DNA of 63,984 nt, filler included, from Octopus bimaculoides (taxonomy: Eukaryota): NCBI RefSeq assembly GCF_001194135.2. It is 5 parts of 5 records of this genome, joined end to end, with 100 filler letters (N's around TTAATTAATTAA, not from the genome) between each part and the next. Parts side by side here need not be neighbours in the genome. Positions count along the whole stretch, not along the records: positions 1 to 29,005 come from NC_068988.1; 4 more parts are not named here. One strand, written 5' to 3'. The translations under genes and the position numbers were made by a program. Within the stretch, counting starts at the first letter, position 1. Every line of letters starts with the position of its first letter. Below are positions 1 to 12,777 of the stretch, in pieces. The notes under the pieces are model-generated. The model saw nothing but the letters and a program-made list of their open reading frames with translations. It was not told where the DNA came from and made no database searches.

Positions 1-55
<55 letters not shown>

Positions 56-80
56 TACACACAGAGCCACACATATATAT
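1..80. repeat. (AT)n/(AC)n microsatellite
   Basis: Directly visible. Representative of dozens of AT/AC/AG/ATAG/ATAC tracts, many bordering N gaps. Confidence 0.99.
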
Positions 81-1319
81 AAATACATATCCGCCTATTA
101 ATTTCTGTTTCTATATTTTAGATGTATGACAAGAGCAATCATCTTACCAAGTATTTATGACTAAATACTTTAATATTTTTTGTGTGCTGTTCTCTTATAT
201 CATCTGATATAATAGATAGTGAAGATATTATGTCAATAAACTATGGATATATTTCAAAAGTAGTATTGTGTTTTCAGCTAATATTTAAGATATTTATTTT
301 ATATTTTTTTTAATTAATTCGCAAATATGTGCATAATATATAATTTACCTTAAGATTCCATATTTTTTATTGAGGAACAAAGGCACCAATCGTTGCATTA
401 CAGCTACAAATGGTTTCAATTTCCTTCTGATGAAGAGTAATTTATACAAATCTATTGTAATAACGTTTCATCTCCTCATGTACACACAGGAGAAATGTTA
501 ATTTTATTAAAATATACTGACTGACTATATCAATAATTTTAGAGCCCATTTTACCTTTCCAGCATGAGTTTAGCTGGATATTTCCTTATGTATTCTTATA
601 TGGATTTCTCCTACGCATAAATATATGCATATATGTGTACTATAAATTATCTGTATGTATAAAATTAACATTTGATTGAATTCGATATACAAATTATTTC
701 ATAATTCATCGAACAGTATTAATGAATATTATAGCCACATATTTTGTTAAAATAAGTTTTCTATTTAATATATTAGAATTTCAGGCTTTCATATTTGCAT
801 ATATCTAAAATCTTTTGGTGTTTTTCATCGGAGGCTGAAAGGTTTTAAAGAGTCTCGTTACGGTAACACTGGAATAAATTCATAATATATTTAGAAGTTG
901 CATGCATTTTACTTGAATCTAAGACATTAGGAAACAATTCTTTTAAAAATTTCGCTATCTTTTATTACGTCAAGTTATACACATGTACCAACATAATACT
1001 TTCAGAGGCATTATGGATAGGCAGAAGTGATACATTTTGTGTTCCACGTATATGACGAGAATTGTTGAAATTGATATAATTTTCGTAATGTGATTGATAA
1101 AATAGAATTTGCTTATATGTTCAAATGCCAGAACTCAGTACTATATTATATAGAATATATCACACTACGGTTAGTCATGATGGGTTTGCAATGACGTTCG
1201 TGATGTCGCACAAACACTACTTCCGTGACTGCTACGGAGTATACATACACACACTCATACGCACATACATACATATATACCGACAGACAAACATAATACA
1301 TGTATATATATATATATAC

Positions 1320-1359
<40 letters not shown>

Positions 1360-2522
1360 TTATGCGTGTCTATATAAACATACTGAAATGTTTAGACAAA
1401 GCGAGAAGTGAGACGATATTTCAATTCGTACGTTAATAAGCTTGTTCATTCAAATAGAATGGTCATATTAGAAAAGGCATGGCTTGCTTAAAAAGAAGAA
1501 GAATGCTTCCGGATGGCTTTTGGGAGGGGAGACCACGGAAGGGTTTAAATGGGTTGAAAAGGACTGACAGAAAGGAAGGATCGTTTCAGACATACAACGT
1601 AGTATGGAGGAAGGAAACGGAAAGAAGAAATGTCACATTGATACGATGAGGGAAAGGAAAGTAGGAAGAGTCAAAGATATAAAGATAAGTGGATGCGAGG
1701 CATTGAAAGTGAGATTTGTAAATGAAGAAAAAGAGACCGCTGTTAAAGGTAGACAGAGAAAGCAATGTAATAAAAGAAGAATGGGAAAACTGAACTGTAA
1801 ACAGAGATGCTGTGATAGATAGATGGGAAGGTAGGTAGATAAGTTATCGCAAATTAAGTGGGAATCGTAATGTGCCTTTTAAAACCAGGAAATGGGGAAG
1901 AAATCGGACTCACCATTAGAGCAGTCAATTAAAGACAAACATACTTACACATATATATCTTTTGTCTTTTACTTGCTTCAGTCATTAGACTGCCGCCATA
2001 CTGGGGCATCGCCTTGAACAATTTGCTTTTAGTCGAATGAATCGGCATCAGTACTTAATTTTTGTTTATTAAACGGTCTCGGATTTTTGTGATTATCGTC
2101 ACTGTCTACAATTTAGTTCCAACTGTTTTCAAATTTGATATATGGATTAAGTTTTGTATACTGAATATGAAAATGAGGTTCATTTTCTGCATAAATTCAT
2201 AATTAAAAAGTTATTAGCCTTTAACATTTTTAAAATTTGGGTATTTTAGCCAATCAGAAGCTAGTACACACATATACAGACACATAATCTATATATATGT
2301 ACATATNNNNNNNNNNNNNNNNNNNNNNNNNNNNNNNNNNNNNNNNNNNNNNNNNNNNNNNNNNNNNNNNNNNNNNNNNNNNNNNNNNNNNNNNNNNNNN
2401 NNNNNNNNNNNNNNNNNNNNNNNNNNNNNNNNNNNNNNNNNNNNNNNNNNNNNNNNNNNNNNNNNNNNTATACATATACATGCGCGCGCGCACGCACACG
2501 CACATATATATATTCGTATACT

Positions 2523-2662
2523 CGACGGGCTTCTTTCAGTTTATTTCTACCAAATGCACTCAGAGTGCGTTGGTCAGCCGGAGGCTATAGTAGAAGAAAC
2601 TTGCCCAAGGTGTCACACTATGGGACTGAACCCGGTACCATGTGGTTGGGAAGCAAGCCTCT
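2523..2662 (-). mobile_element. Abundant octopus-type tRNA SINE, 5' half
   Basis: Reverse complement has ggttcagtccc...ccttgggcaag...ctactatagcc...gaaagaagcccgtcg, the same unit as at 6128, 34.9 kb, 38.5 kb and 46.9 kb. Confidence 0.8.
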
Positions 2663-3476
2663 TGCCATACAGCCAAGCCTGGTAAAATATATATAATATC
2701 CAATTTCTACTTTACATGGAAACGTTTCGATAGAATTTATACAACTATTATGCACGGCACTTACTTTATAATATAAACTTGATACAATATAGCAAGATAG
2801 GATGACCTATTGTTGTACATCGGCGGAAATATGAACAATGTATTGCATTATTTACTCTAATTGCTTAGGCTTTACAGACAGGGGAAAATTTTCTAACTGT
2901 TAAAATTTTAGAATCTGTATCTGAAATTTTAAACGTTATACCATTTTATTTTCTTCATTTATTTCATTTACCCTCTGACAGTATGAGCCTTATGGTATTC
3001 TGTTATAATTACCAAAATACTCTCTGTTATAGAGAATTTATATGCATTCGTGTTTCAGGGAGTTATTTCGCAAGATTGCAAGATACTAAGAGTTCACTAT
3101 GAATGAATTTCATTATAATATATATTATTGAATATCAGTTATGTATAGTGATTTACTGAATATTAAAATACATATTATCTGCATATTTATATCAGTTCCG
3201 AACGATGATCATATTTATTTCTCTGGGTAATTTGCCCAGCAAGACAAGTAAAATGATTTTGGTTATCATGGTATATATCTATATACATACAGAAATATAG
3301 GTAAATGAAGACATAAAAAAGGTGAATTAGGAAGGAAAATGATCGATAAACGCATGAAGAGAGACGTTTTGAGGTGAATAGAAAAACCTCTATTTATGAC
3401 TCCATGGAAAAATTTATGGAGAAAACGAAAAGGAAAAGAAGATTGGGGAACGAATGAAAATACATGATTTCATATC

Positions 3477-3516
<40 letters not shown>

Positions 3517-3573
3517 CATATATAAGTAAGTATTTGTATATATACATGTGTGTGTGTGTGTGTGTGTGTGCGT

Positions 3574-3612
<39 letters not shown>

Positions 3613-3671
3613 CATATATAAGTAAGTATTTGTATATATACATGTATGTATGTATATATATTTATTTATTG

Positions 3672-3713
<42 letters not shown>

Positions 3714-4271
3714 TTGCAAGTATATACGCACATACATATTCTTTCCTTCTGTATTTCATATAAGATCATTGATTCTTTTAGGCGCATTCGTAAATTGTGC
3801 ATTGTATGTTGTTCACATCAATAATGCATTTAGATATCTTTTTTGGATACATTCTTTGTAAACACAATACGAAATTGAATAAGTTGTATTGATCACGTTC
3901 TTGTATTCTGTCACAGACATTTGTTAGAAAAATGTTTTCTCAACATATTGAATGTTGGTCCGTTATTATACATATATGTAAATGAAACATAAATGTAAGA
4001 GATATGTACGTATTTATCATTCATTGTTAAAGATAAATATTGAAGATTCAAACTAATTTTTGTATATCTTTTTCGTTGTCATTTTGAAAAACATGCAATA
4101 CAAATGCATATTTAATGTGGTGGTGTAAAATGTTCCAATTGTTGGTACCTCTATCTATTTGCGTTTTGGCAAAACGAGAACAATCGATGTATTGCTACAT
4201 CATGCAAGTAGATCAGATGAATTTTATTTTTTAAAAACTTATACACTCATAAAACTGAAACATACACCATA

Positions 4272-4580
<309 letters not shown>

Positions 4581-5763
4581 AGATTGATTGATATTTACAC
4601 AATAGGCATGTTATATAAATACAAATATACCGATGCTTTTAAAAATACATGTTCATACGAATATTAATGTATGTACATAACAAGGTGTATATCTGTACAT
4701 GTGTATATATGTATGTATATACTTATGTATGTATGTATATATGTATATATGTATATATATATATATATATATATNNNNNNNNNNNNNNNNNNNNNNNNNN
4801 NNNNNNNNNNNNNNNNNNNNNNNNNNNNNNNNNNNNNNNNNNNNNNNNNNNNNNNNNNNNNNNNNNNNNNNNNNNNNNNNNNNNNNNNNNNNNNNNNNNN
4901 NNNNNNNNNNNNNNNNNNNNNNNNNNNNNNNNNNNNNNNNNNNNNNNNNNNNNNNNNNNNNNNNNNNNNNNNNNNNNNNNNNNNNNNNNNNNNNNNNNNN
5001 NNNNNNNNNNNNNNNNNNNNNNNNNNNNNNNNNNNNNNNNNNNNNNNNNNNNNNNNNNNNNNNNNNNNNNNNNNNNNNNNNNNNNNNNNNNNNNNNNNNN
5101 NNNNNNNNNNNNNNNNNNNNNNNNNNNNNNNNNNNNNNNNNNNNNNNNNNNNNNNNNNNNNNNNNNNNNNNNNNNNNNNNNNNNNNNNNNNNNNNNNNNN
5201 NNNNNNNNNNNNNNNNNNNNNNNNNNNNNNNNNNNNNNNNNNNNNNNNNNNNNNNNNNNNNNNNNNNNNNNNNNNNNNNNNNNNNNNNNNNNNNNNNNNN
5301 NNNNNNNNNNNNNNNNNNNNNNNNNNNNNNNNNNNNNNNNNNNNNNNNNNNNNNNNNNNNNNNNNNNNNNNNNNNNNNNNNNNNNNNNNNNNNNNNNNNN
5401 NNNNNNNNNNNNNNNNNNNNNNNNNNNNNNNNNNNNNNNNNNNNNNNNNNNNNNNNNNNNNNNNNNNNNNNNNNNNNNNNNNNNNNNNNNNNNNNNNNNN
5501 NNNNNNNNNNNNNNNNNNNNNNNNNNNNNNNNNNNNNNNNNNNNNNNNNNNNNNNNNNNNNNNNNNNNNNNNNNNNNNNNNNNNNNNNNNNNNNNNNNNN
5601 NNNNNNNNNNNNNNNNNNNNNNNNNNNNNNNNNNNNNNNNNNNNNNNNNNNNNNNNNNNNNNNNNNNNNNNNNNNNNNNNNNNNNNNNNNNNNNNNNNNN
5701 NNNNNNNNNNNNNNNNNNNNNNNNNNNNNNNNNNNNNNNNNNNNNNNNNNNNNNNNNNNNNNN

Positions 5764-5840
<77 letters not shown>

Positions 5841-5930
5841 CATACATACATATATACATATATACATGCACGCACACACTCACACCCACACACACTCACA
5901 CCCACACACACTCACACACACACACACATT

Positions 5931-6272
5931 TTCTTTTATTCTTTTATTCGTTTCAGTCATTTGACTGCGGCCTGCTAGAGCACCAGAAATTAGTCGAACA
6001 CATCGATCCCAGGTCTTATACTTTGTAAGCCTAATACTTATTCTATGGGATCTCTTTTGCCGAACCGCTAAGTTTCGGGGGATGTAAACACACCAATATC
6101 AGTTGTCAAGTGATGATGGGGGTACAAGTAGCTTGCTTGCTAGCCGTACGGTTCCAGGTTCAGTCCCACTGCGTGGCACCTTGGGCAAGTGTCTTCTACT
6201 ATAGTCTCAGGCCGACCAAAGCCTTGTGAATGGATTTGGTAAACGGAAAATGAAAAAAAAAAGCTCGTCGGA
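5931..6272. mobile_element. Two SINE halves (minus 3' half at 5931-6120, plus 5' half at 6128-6272)
   Basis: tcttttattcgtttcagtcatttgactgcggcc... and ggttccaggttcagtcccactgcgtggcaccttgggcaagtg; CpGs retained. Confidence 0.8.
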
Positions 6273-6441
6273 TATATACATATATAAGGTATTGGAATCT
6301 TATATGTATACCATTCAGTCTAAATAATGCATCTACAATTGCAATATCCCTGCGTATCTCACATCCATTTTCATTCCTCCACTTCACTATCTATTTCGTA
6401 TCTTATCTAAATTAACTATTGCTTAACCATTTCCTCACACC

Positions 6442-6489
6442 GTCTCCGATGAAAGGATATAATAAATAACCCGGAAACAGCTGTAAGAC
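6442..6489 (+). ncRNA. Minimal type I hammerhead-like motif at a Penelope-type 3' end
   Basis: gtct-CCGATGA-stem II region-GAAA-C-agct-G-TA-agac: stem I gtct/agac, palindromic stem III loop, GUA cleavage triplet. Core is CCGAUGA rather than CUGAUGA, and stem II is imperfect. Confidence 0.65.
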
Positions 6490-6668
6490 CTATTTATAAA
6501 TGTTCTAAAATCTCCGTAGCCTTGGTTTATTATCTTATTCTGAAAAAAAATTATATATATGTATATGTATATATATATAACTTAGATAACTTAGATTGAT
6601 TTCATCCGTTATCGGGCCAGGCCCTGGCTAACTCAATCGCCCCACTATATATATATATATATGTATAT

Positions 6669-6699
<31 letters not shown>

Positions 6700-6921
6700 N
6701 NNNNNNNNNNNNNNNNNNNNNNNNNNNNNNNNNNNNNNNNNNNNNNNNNNNNNNNNNNNNNNNNNNNNNNNNNNNNNNNNNNNNNNNNNNNNNNNNNNNN
6801 NNNNNNNNNNNNNNNNNNNNNNNNNNNNNNNNNNNNNNNNNNNNNNNNNNNNNNNNNNNNNNNNNNNNNNNNNNNNNNNNNNNNNNNNNNNNNNNNNNNN
6901 NNNTGTGTGTGTGTGTGTGTC

Positions 6922-7125
6922 CTACCAATGTTTGACAACTGATGCCAGTGTGTTTATGTTCCCACAACTTAGCAGTTCGGCATAACAAACTGATGCAATA
7001 AGTACTAGGCTTAGAAATAAGTTCTGGAGTCGACTTCTTCCTCTAATACCCTTTAAGGCGGGGTTCCAGTATGACCGTAGTCTAATGTCTGGAACAAGTA
7101 AAACATAAGAGATAACAAACAAAAG
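6922..7125 (+). mobile_element. SINE 3' half
   Basis: gtgtttatgttcccacaacttagcagttcggc...aagtactaggc...ctggaacaagtaaaa. Confidence 0.7.
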
Positions 7126-8077
7126 ATAGATGCGTGCGTGTGTGTTTGTGTTTGTGTGTATCTGTGCGTGTGCGTATGTGTGTATCTGTATGTGTGTTGT
7201 GTGTGTTTGTGTATCTGTGTGTGTGTGTATTGTGTGTGTGTGTATGTGTGTGTGCGTGTGTGTGTGTGTGTGTGTGAGTGTGTGTGTGTGTGTATGTGGT
7301 ATTACATTTTTCATCTCACGTCTGCGGTTCCTACTCTGACATATTTCAAAAGCCTGGAATTTTATTTTCTGCATTGCCAGTTCTTATATAACTCCGATTT
7401 AATTATTCTAAAATATTTACATTAAGGTATACATATCTGTTTTAATCAATGTAAGATAATTCGATCTCTTGAATTCCTGTTACTTTCTCTACTGTGTACA
7501 CGGTTTTATATATACCATTGACATCATTCCACTTCCTTCATCTATTTCAATTTCATCTATATTTATGCACACTCTCCTAGATTCTGAAAATCTAAAAGTT
7601 ATTAGTTCGTTTCTCTTTTCAGAGTCAGGTTTATAGAAATTGGGTTCCTGCTACGTAGATTAAAATTTAATACTTGCACATTGTTAAAATAGCTTCGAGG
7701 TATAAGCTAATCTAGAAGTAATGTCGTTAATCTTATATGTATTTATCTCTCATAGCTTACACTCATTAATCCAAGCGCATATATAACAAAATCATGTATA
7801 TATATACCATACATTTATATAGACGTTTATATATCCTCACATGTACCTATATATATATATATATATNNNNNNNNNNNNNNNNNNNNNNNNNNNNNNNNNN
7901 NNNNNNNNNNNNNNNNNNNNNNNNNNNNNNNNNNNNNNNNNNNNNNNNNNNNNNNNNNNNNNNNNNNNNNNNNNNNNNNNNNNNNNNNNNNNNNNNNNNN
8001 NNNNNNNNNNNNNNNNNNNNNNNNNNNNNNNNNNNNNNNNNNNNNNNNNNNNNNNNNNNNNNNNNNNNNNNNNNNNN

Positions 8078-8114
<37 letters not shown>

Positions 8115-8639
8115 CATACATATATATTTATATATATTTATCATATAAAAATATATATTAATATATATTTAGTAGATATATATACACGTATAAATTTATA
8201 TAATCATGTATACTACACACACAAACAAACACGTATATATACACACGCGCGCATATTCATTTTGATATTCATTTTGATACACACGTTTTGAAATTAGAGT
8301 GATTTTCAAATAGTTTCATCTTGCATACTATATAGTAGTTTTCGATAAATTCTTGGGAAACATGAAAACATAAAAGTGATTTTAATATATAGAAAGTCAG
8401 TAGGAAGCTACACATCCACAAGTCCAAACTGACCGTTTTTATATACATTTGTAACCACGTGGTTACATACAAAATCGTAAGTACAACATTTGGTGCACGT
8501 GGCTGAGACGTAATCCACTCGCTGCCATTTTGAGTTTTAATTTTCTTATTTGCGGAAACTCACGTTTTGGGATATAGATATTCCAATTCTGAAAAGAAAA
8601 TTGGCAAATGGTGCAACTTCAAACGACTTCAGCTCTGAT

Positions 8640-8925
8640 ATAAGTATAGAATTTGAGCCAGCACTCTAAAATGAAAGAGAAGATCTGCAAGGAATGCTAC
8701 CGAAGAGTAAGAGTGGTCCTGAACTCAGAATTAAATGCTGTTAATAGAATTAATGCGATCAATTATTTGGCCATACCAGTAACCACATATAGCTTCGGTA
8801 TCATTATGTGGAGGGTCAGTGACATGCAGAATATGGATTGAAAGATCCGTAAAATCCATACAAGGTACTGAATGCACCATCGAAAATCAGATGTAGACAA
8901 GATTTATATCCCAAGAAAATAGGTC
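8640..8925 (+). mobile_element. R4/Dong-clade non-LTR retrotransposon fragment (RT C-terminal region)
   Basis: ECYRRVRVVLNSELNAVNRINAINYLAIPVTTYSFGII...MHHRKSDVDKIYIPRK, with in-frame stops. Confidence 0.85.
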
Positions 8926-8931
8926 TAATAC

Positions 8932-9160
8932 TAAGTGGTCTTCTTACATGCTAAAAAGGGCAGTCAAAACCCCCAAACCATGTAAAAGATTCTTATTTAG
9001 GGCACCTTGATTGTAAGCGGAGGACAAACTGAGAGAATTAAAATATCAATTAATTCTCTCAATTTGTCATCCTGGCATACAGTCAAATATCTAAAATAAG
9101 AATGTTTTCATGGCTTTGGGGGTTTTGACTGCTCTTTTTAGCATGTAAGAAGACCACTTA
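8932..9160. mobile_element. Foldback MITE with TA flanks
   Basis: taagtggtcttcttacatgctaaaaag...ctttttagcatgtaagaagaccactta; the inverted match runs about 110 bp to a central aaatatcaat loop. Confidence 0.8.
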
Positions 9161-9296
9161 GTGGTCTTCATTCCGTGTATAAATTTTAATACACGGAATT
9201 TTTATATTATAAAAACATTTATGTCTACGGAATTTTTTTACGCACGCTAACCACTGGTATAAATTATTATTTGAACAATTTTTACCCTTACATATG

Positions 9297-9329
<33 letters not shown>

Positions 9330-9529
9330 NNNNNNNNNNNNNNNNNNNNNNNNNNNNNNNNNNNNNNNNNNNNNNNNNNNNNNNNNNNNNNNNNNNNNNN
9401 NNNNNNNNNNNNNNNNNNNNNNNNNNNNNNNNNNNNNNNNNNNNNNNNNNNNNTATGTATATATATATATATATATGCATGTATATATATAAAAACAAAT
9501 AGTAAATGAGTATATGCATATATACGTAC

Positions 9530-9863
9530 AGGTATTTGCATACCGACATCCACCTGTATGTATAGGTGCATATCTGGGTACAGGACATTGCAAACAAAAC
9601 GTATACGAGAAAACACACAAGCCACATAGAGAACAGTCTAGTTCATCAGCTACCCCCGTTTTAACACCGGCGTTTGGAAGAGCTGGGCAGGACGCATCGT
9701 TAAAACGGCTCTTCCCATGGACCGCAACTTAAATTTGTATACACAAATTAAATCTTGCCATGGAGGAATGTAGTGGCGGACAAAAAACAAGACAGGAAAA
9801 CAAACAGAAAAGGCTTTACGGCCAGACGAGAAAAATTATGTGTGTATGAACGCTGTGAAGCAC

Positions 9864-9870
<7 letters not shown>
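9530..9870 (-). mobile_element. Non-autonomous structured repeat, Penelope-terminus-like (copy 1)
   Basis: Reverse complement is colinear with 11912-12190 (gtccgccactac...gggaaga...aacgatgcgt...aaacgccgg...gctgatgaa...ctatgtggc...tgtacccag). Confidence 0.7.
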
Positions 9871-9905
<35 letters not shown>

Positions 9906-10715
9906 AATATAAAGCACAACACTTAAGATATTTAGATAGTATGACACAAATGACCTGCAAAACTAATTCATTCAGACAGCGTAGCAAACGAGACATCAAT
10001 GAGGGGAAGTTTATTATTATTTCATTGTCTTCAAATCGATGATTATCCAAAGTAATATGCAATTTTAATCATGCCACAATACAATAATAAAACAGACGAG
10101 TGGATTTTATGATATTACTACAATTGTTTCATTAAGAGGATTTATTTTGACATAAACATCATGCAACTAGATATGTATAGACATGCAGTATCGATAAGGT
10201 TATGGAATATGTTACGCATAAACCCTCAAATTATCAGTAAATATTAAAGTTATTGTGAAAGAATATGACATAACATTATGCTGATTTCAAAACGGCTATC
10301 TTTCGAATATTGAAAGGGGCCATTTTACGATTGGTCAATCAAATGTTTAATGGAAACGCTAATCACAGTAACATGTACATGCCGAATCATATACAGTACT
10401 CCATACATTAAAATTGATTATATTGGTTCCATTTCTTCCTAATTGATTAACGGAGCGATAATTATCAATACTTTGGAGTTTGGAATATTCGATGTGCGCC
10501 AAATTTAGTAGATAATAAAATCACGACCCAACATTTCATTGTATGTCTGATATCTTGATAAACGATTATTTGCGAAATAGTGCCATCCATTTGTTCTGTT
10601 TTGTCGCCTGTACTTATATTTTCTCGTCTTGATACCAGTTTTATATACTCAGTTCCCTGCTTTGTAATTAGTATGCTTAAGGATTTGACTGGCTAATTCA
10701 TTCTATTGTTTTATC

Positions 10716-10744
<29 letters not shown>

Positions 10745-10757
<13 letters not shown>

Positions 10758-11766
10758 GTTTAAAAGAGTTCCAACTCTGTCTGTTTTTTTTATGTTTTAT
10801 TTATATTCTTGTAAAATTAATGTGGGATATAGAATATGGAATATACAATATATAACATAAAAATGGGTGGTACAATGAAATAAAGTATTGAATGTCTTAT
10901 TGAATACATGGNNNNNNNNNNNNNNNNNNNNNNNNNNNNNNNNNNNNNNNNNNNNNNNNNNNNNNNNNNNNNNNNNNNNNNNNNNNNNNNNNNNNNNNNN
11001 NNNNNNNNNNNNNNNNNNNNNNNNNNNNNNNNNNNNNNNNNNNNNNNNNNNNNNNNNNNNNNNNNNNNNNNNNNNNNNNNNNNNNNNNNNNNNNNNNNNN
11101 NNNNNNNNNNNNNNNNNNNNNNNNNNNNNNNNNNNNNNNNNNNNNNNNNNNNNNNNNNNNNNNNNNNNNNNNNNNNNNNNNNNNNNNNNNNNNNNNNNNN
11201 NNNNNNNNNNNNNNNNNNNNNNNNNNNNNNNNNNNNNNNNNNNNNNNNNNNNNNNNNNNNNNNNNNNNNNNNNNNNNNNNNNNNNNNNNNNGGGATAAGA
11301 TTTTAAAACTCCAGTAGGTGTTTGGCTATTCTTAGAAATGATGCCAAATCTATTTTTAGAAATGATGACATTTGAGAGATTTTTTTTGTGTTTTAGTTAT
11401 AGGGATAAGATTTTTAAACCCCAAGTAAGATAAATTTAATCATTGTTTGTTAAGAGTGGGTTTGAATTTCTTAATAAAGTCCTTTTCTTTGCATTTTCTC
11501 TCAAATTCATTCCGGTTGTAAAGTTTATGGAATGGAAATATAATAAAAGTTTGATGACCACATGTTGCCAGATGGTTACTCAGTGGTATTTGACGGAGTT
11601 CTGGGTTTTTAATCTGTTGTCGATGCACCCGTGAGCGTTCCAATAGTGCATTACCTGTCTGGCCATGATGAAATACCACAAGGTACAGAAAATACGTATT
11701 CGTCTTTATATATTTAATCCTTTATATTGAACACAAAGAGTTGGAACTCTTTTAAACAAAATAATA
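10745..11766 (-). mobile_element. 5'-truncated Penelope-like element (GIY-YIG C-terminus) with short inverted termini
   Basis: 11440-11690 encodes GQTGNALLERSRVHRQQIKNPELRQIPLSNHLATC...IFPFHKL...FIKKFKPTLN. A ~35-bp inverted repeat (ttttgtttaaaagagttccaactct) sits at both ends; the middle is gapped. Confidence 0.75.
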
Positions 11767-11911
11767 TATTCCTCTATACACAATCATACAAAACCCCTTT
11801 TTTGTATTTATATTTACTCACACACACACACACACATATATATANNNNNNNNNNNNNNNNNNNNNNNNNNNNNNNNNNNNNNNNNNNNNNNNNNNNNNNN
11901 NNNNNNNNNNN

Positions 11912-12190
11912 CACACTTCACGTTTTCTTGTCTTGTTTTCCGTCCGCCACTACCCTCCACGAAAACAATTTAATTTGTTTTCGTGGGAAGAACCATTTTA
12001 ACGATGCGTACTGCCTTAATTCTTCGAAACGCCGGAGTTTTAATGGTGGCAGCTGATGAAGCGGATGTTTCTATGTGGCCTGCTTGTTTGCTGCACCTTG
12101 TTTACCATTTTTTCCGTGTTCTTTTGCCACGTCATGTACCCAGTTATGTATCTATATGTACATGTAGATGAACGTATATACATACATGTA
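11912..12190 (+). mobile_element. Non-autonomous structured repeat (copy 2)
   Basis: Colinear with copy 1 at 9530-9870; ends in AT/AC microsatellite. Confidence 0.7.
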
Positions 12191-12726
12191 CATATATATG
12201 CATATACTCATATATCGTTTATATATATATATATATATGTTGCATTAGTCGGGTCTTCGGAGACTAAGCCAACGCCAGGTGACCAAAGCCTGCCTGCTGA
12301 GGGAGGTTGATAGAGACCTTTCAGGACTCAAATCAAGAACTGTCACAAGGACAGGTGAACCTCTCTAGCTCGTCATGCGTACCAAGCATGAAACCAATTT
12401 ATAATTTTAAATAAAAAGTAACAAAAAGATATCGGTCTATCTATCTAAATATTTACCTAAGTACCAGCTCATTTCCTTCTCTCTCTCACTAAACACACAC
12501 ACACACACACACACATATACAAATGTACGAGTACATATATACATGCATACATACATATACATATATATATATATGTATGTATGTATGTGTGTGTGTGTGT
12601 GTGTGTGTGTATGTTTGTGTACATATGTGTACTCTCGCTCTTTCCTTTCCAGAGCGTCTAATAACACTATCCGTATCACGTCCTCACTTTCTTGTTTTTT
12701 GTTATTGTTTTTGGTCTTTTTTTGAA

Positions 12727-12777
<51 letters not shown>

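Noticed and set aside
4649-6028. Long ORFs of 300-460 aa here and at 12977-14314
   Set aside because: Made of N gaps plus microsatellite translation ([12 protein letters not shown]).
12245-12266. cUUCGg-capped hairpin (tagtc...tcttcgga-gacta)
   Set aside because: Short, single occurrence, no context supporting an RNA gene.
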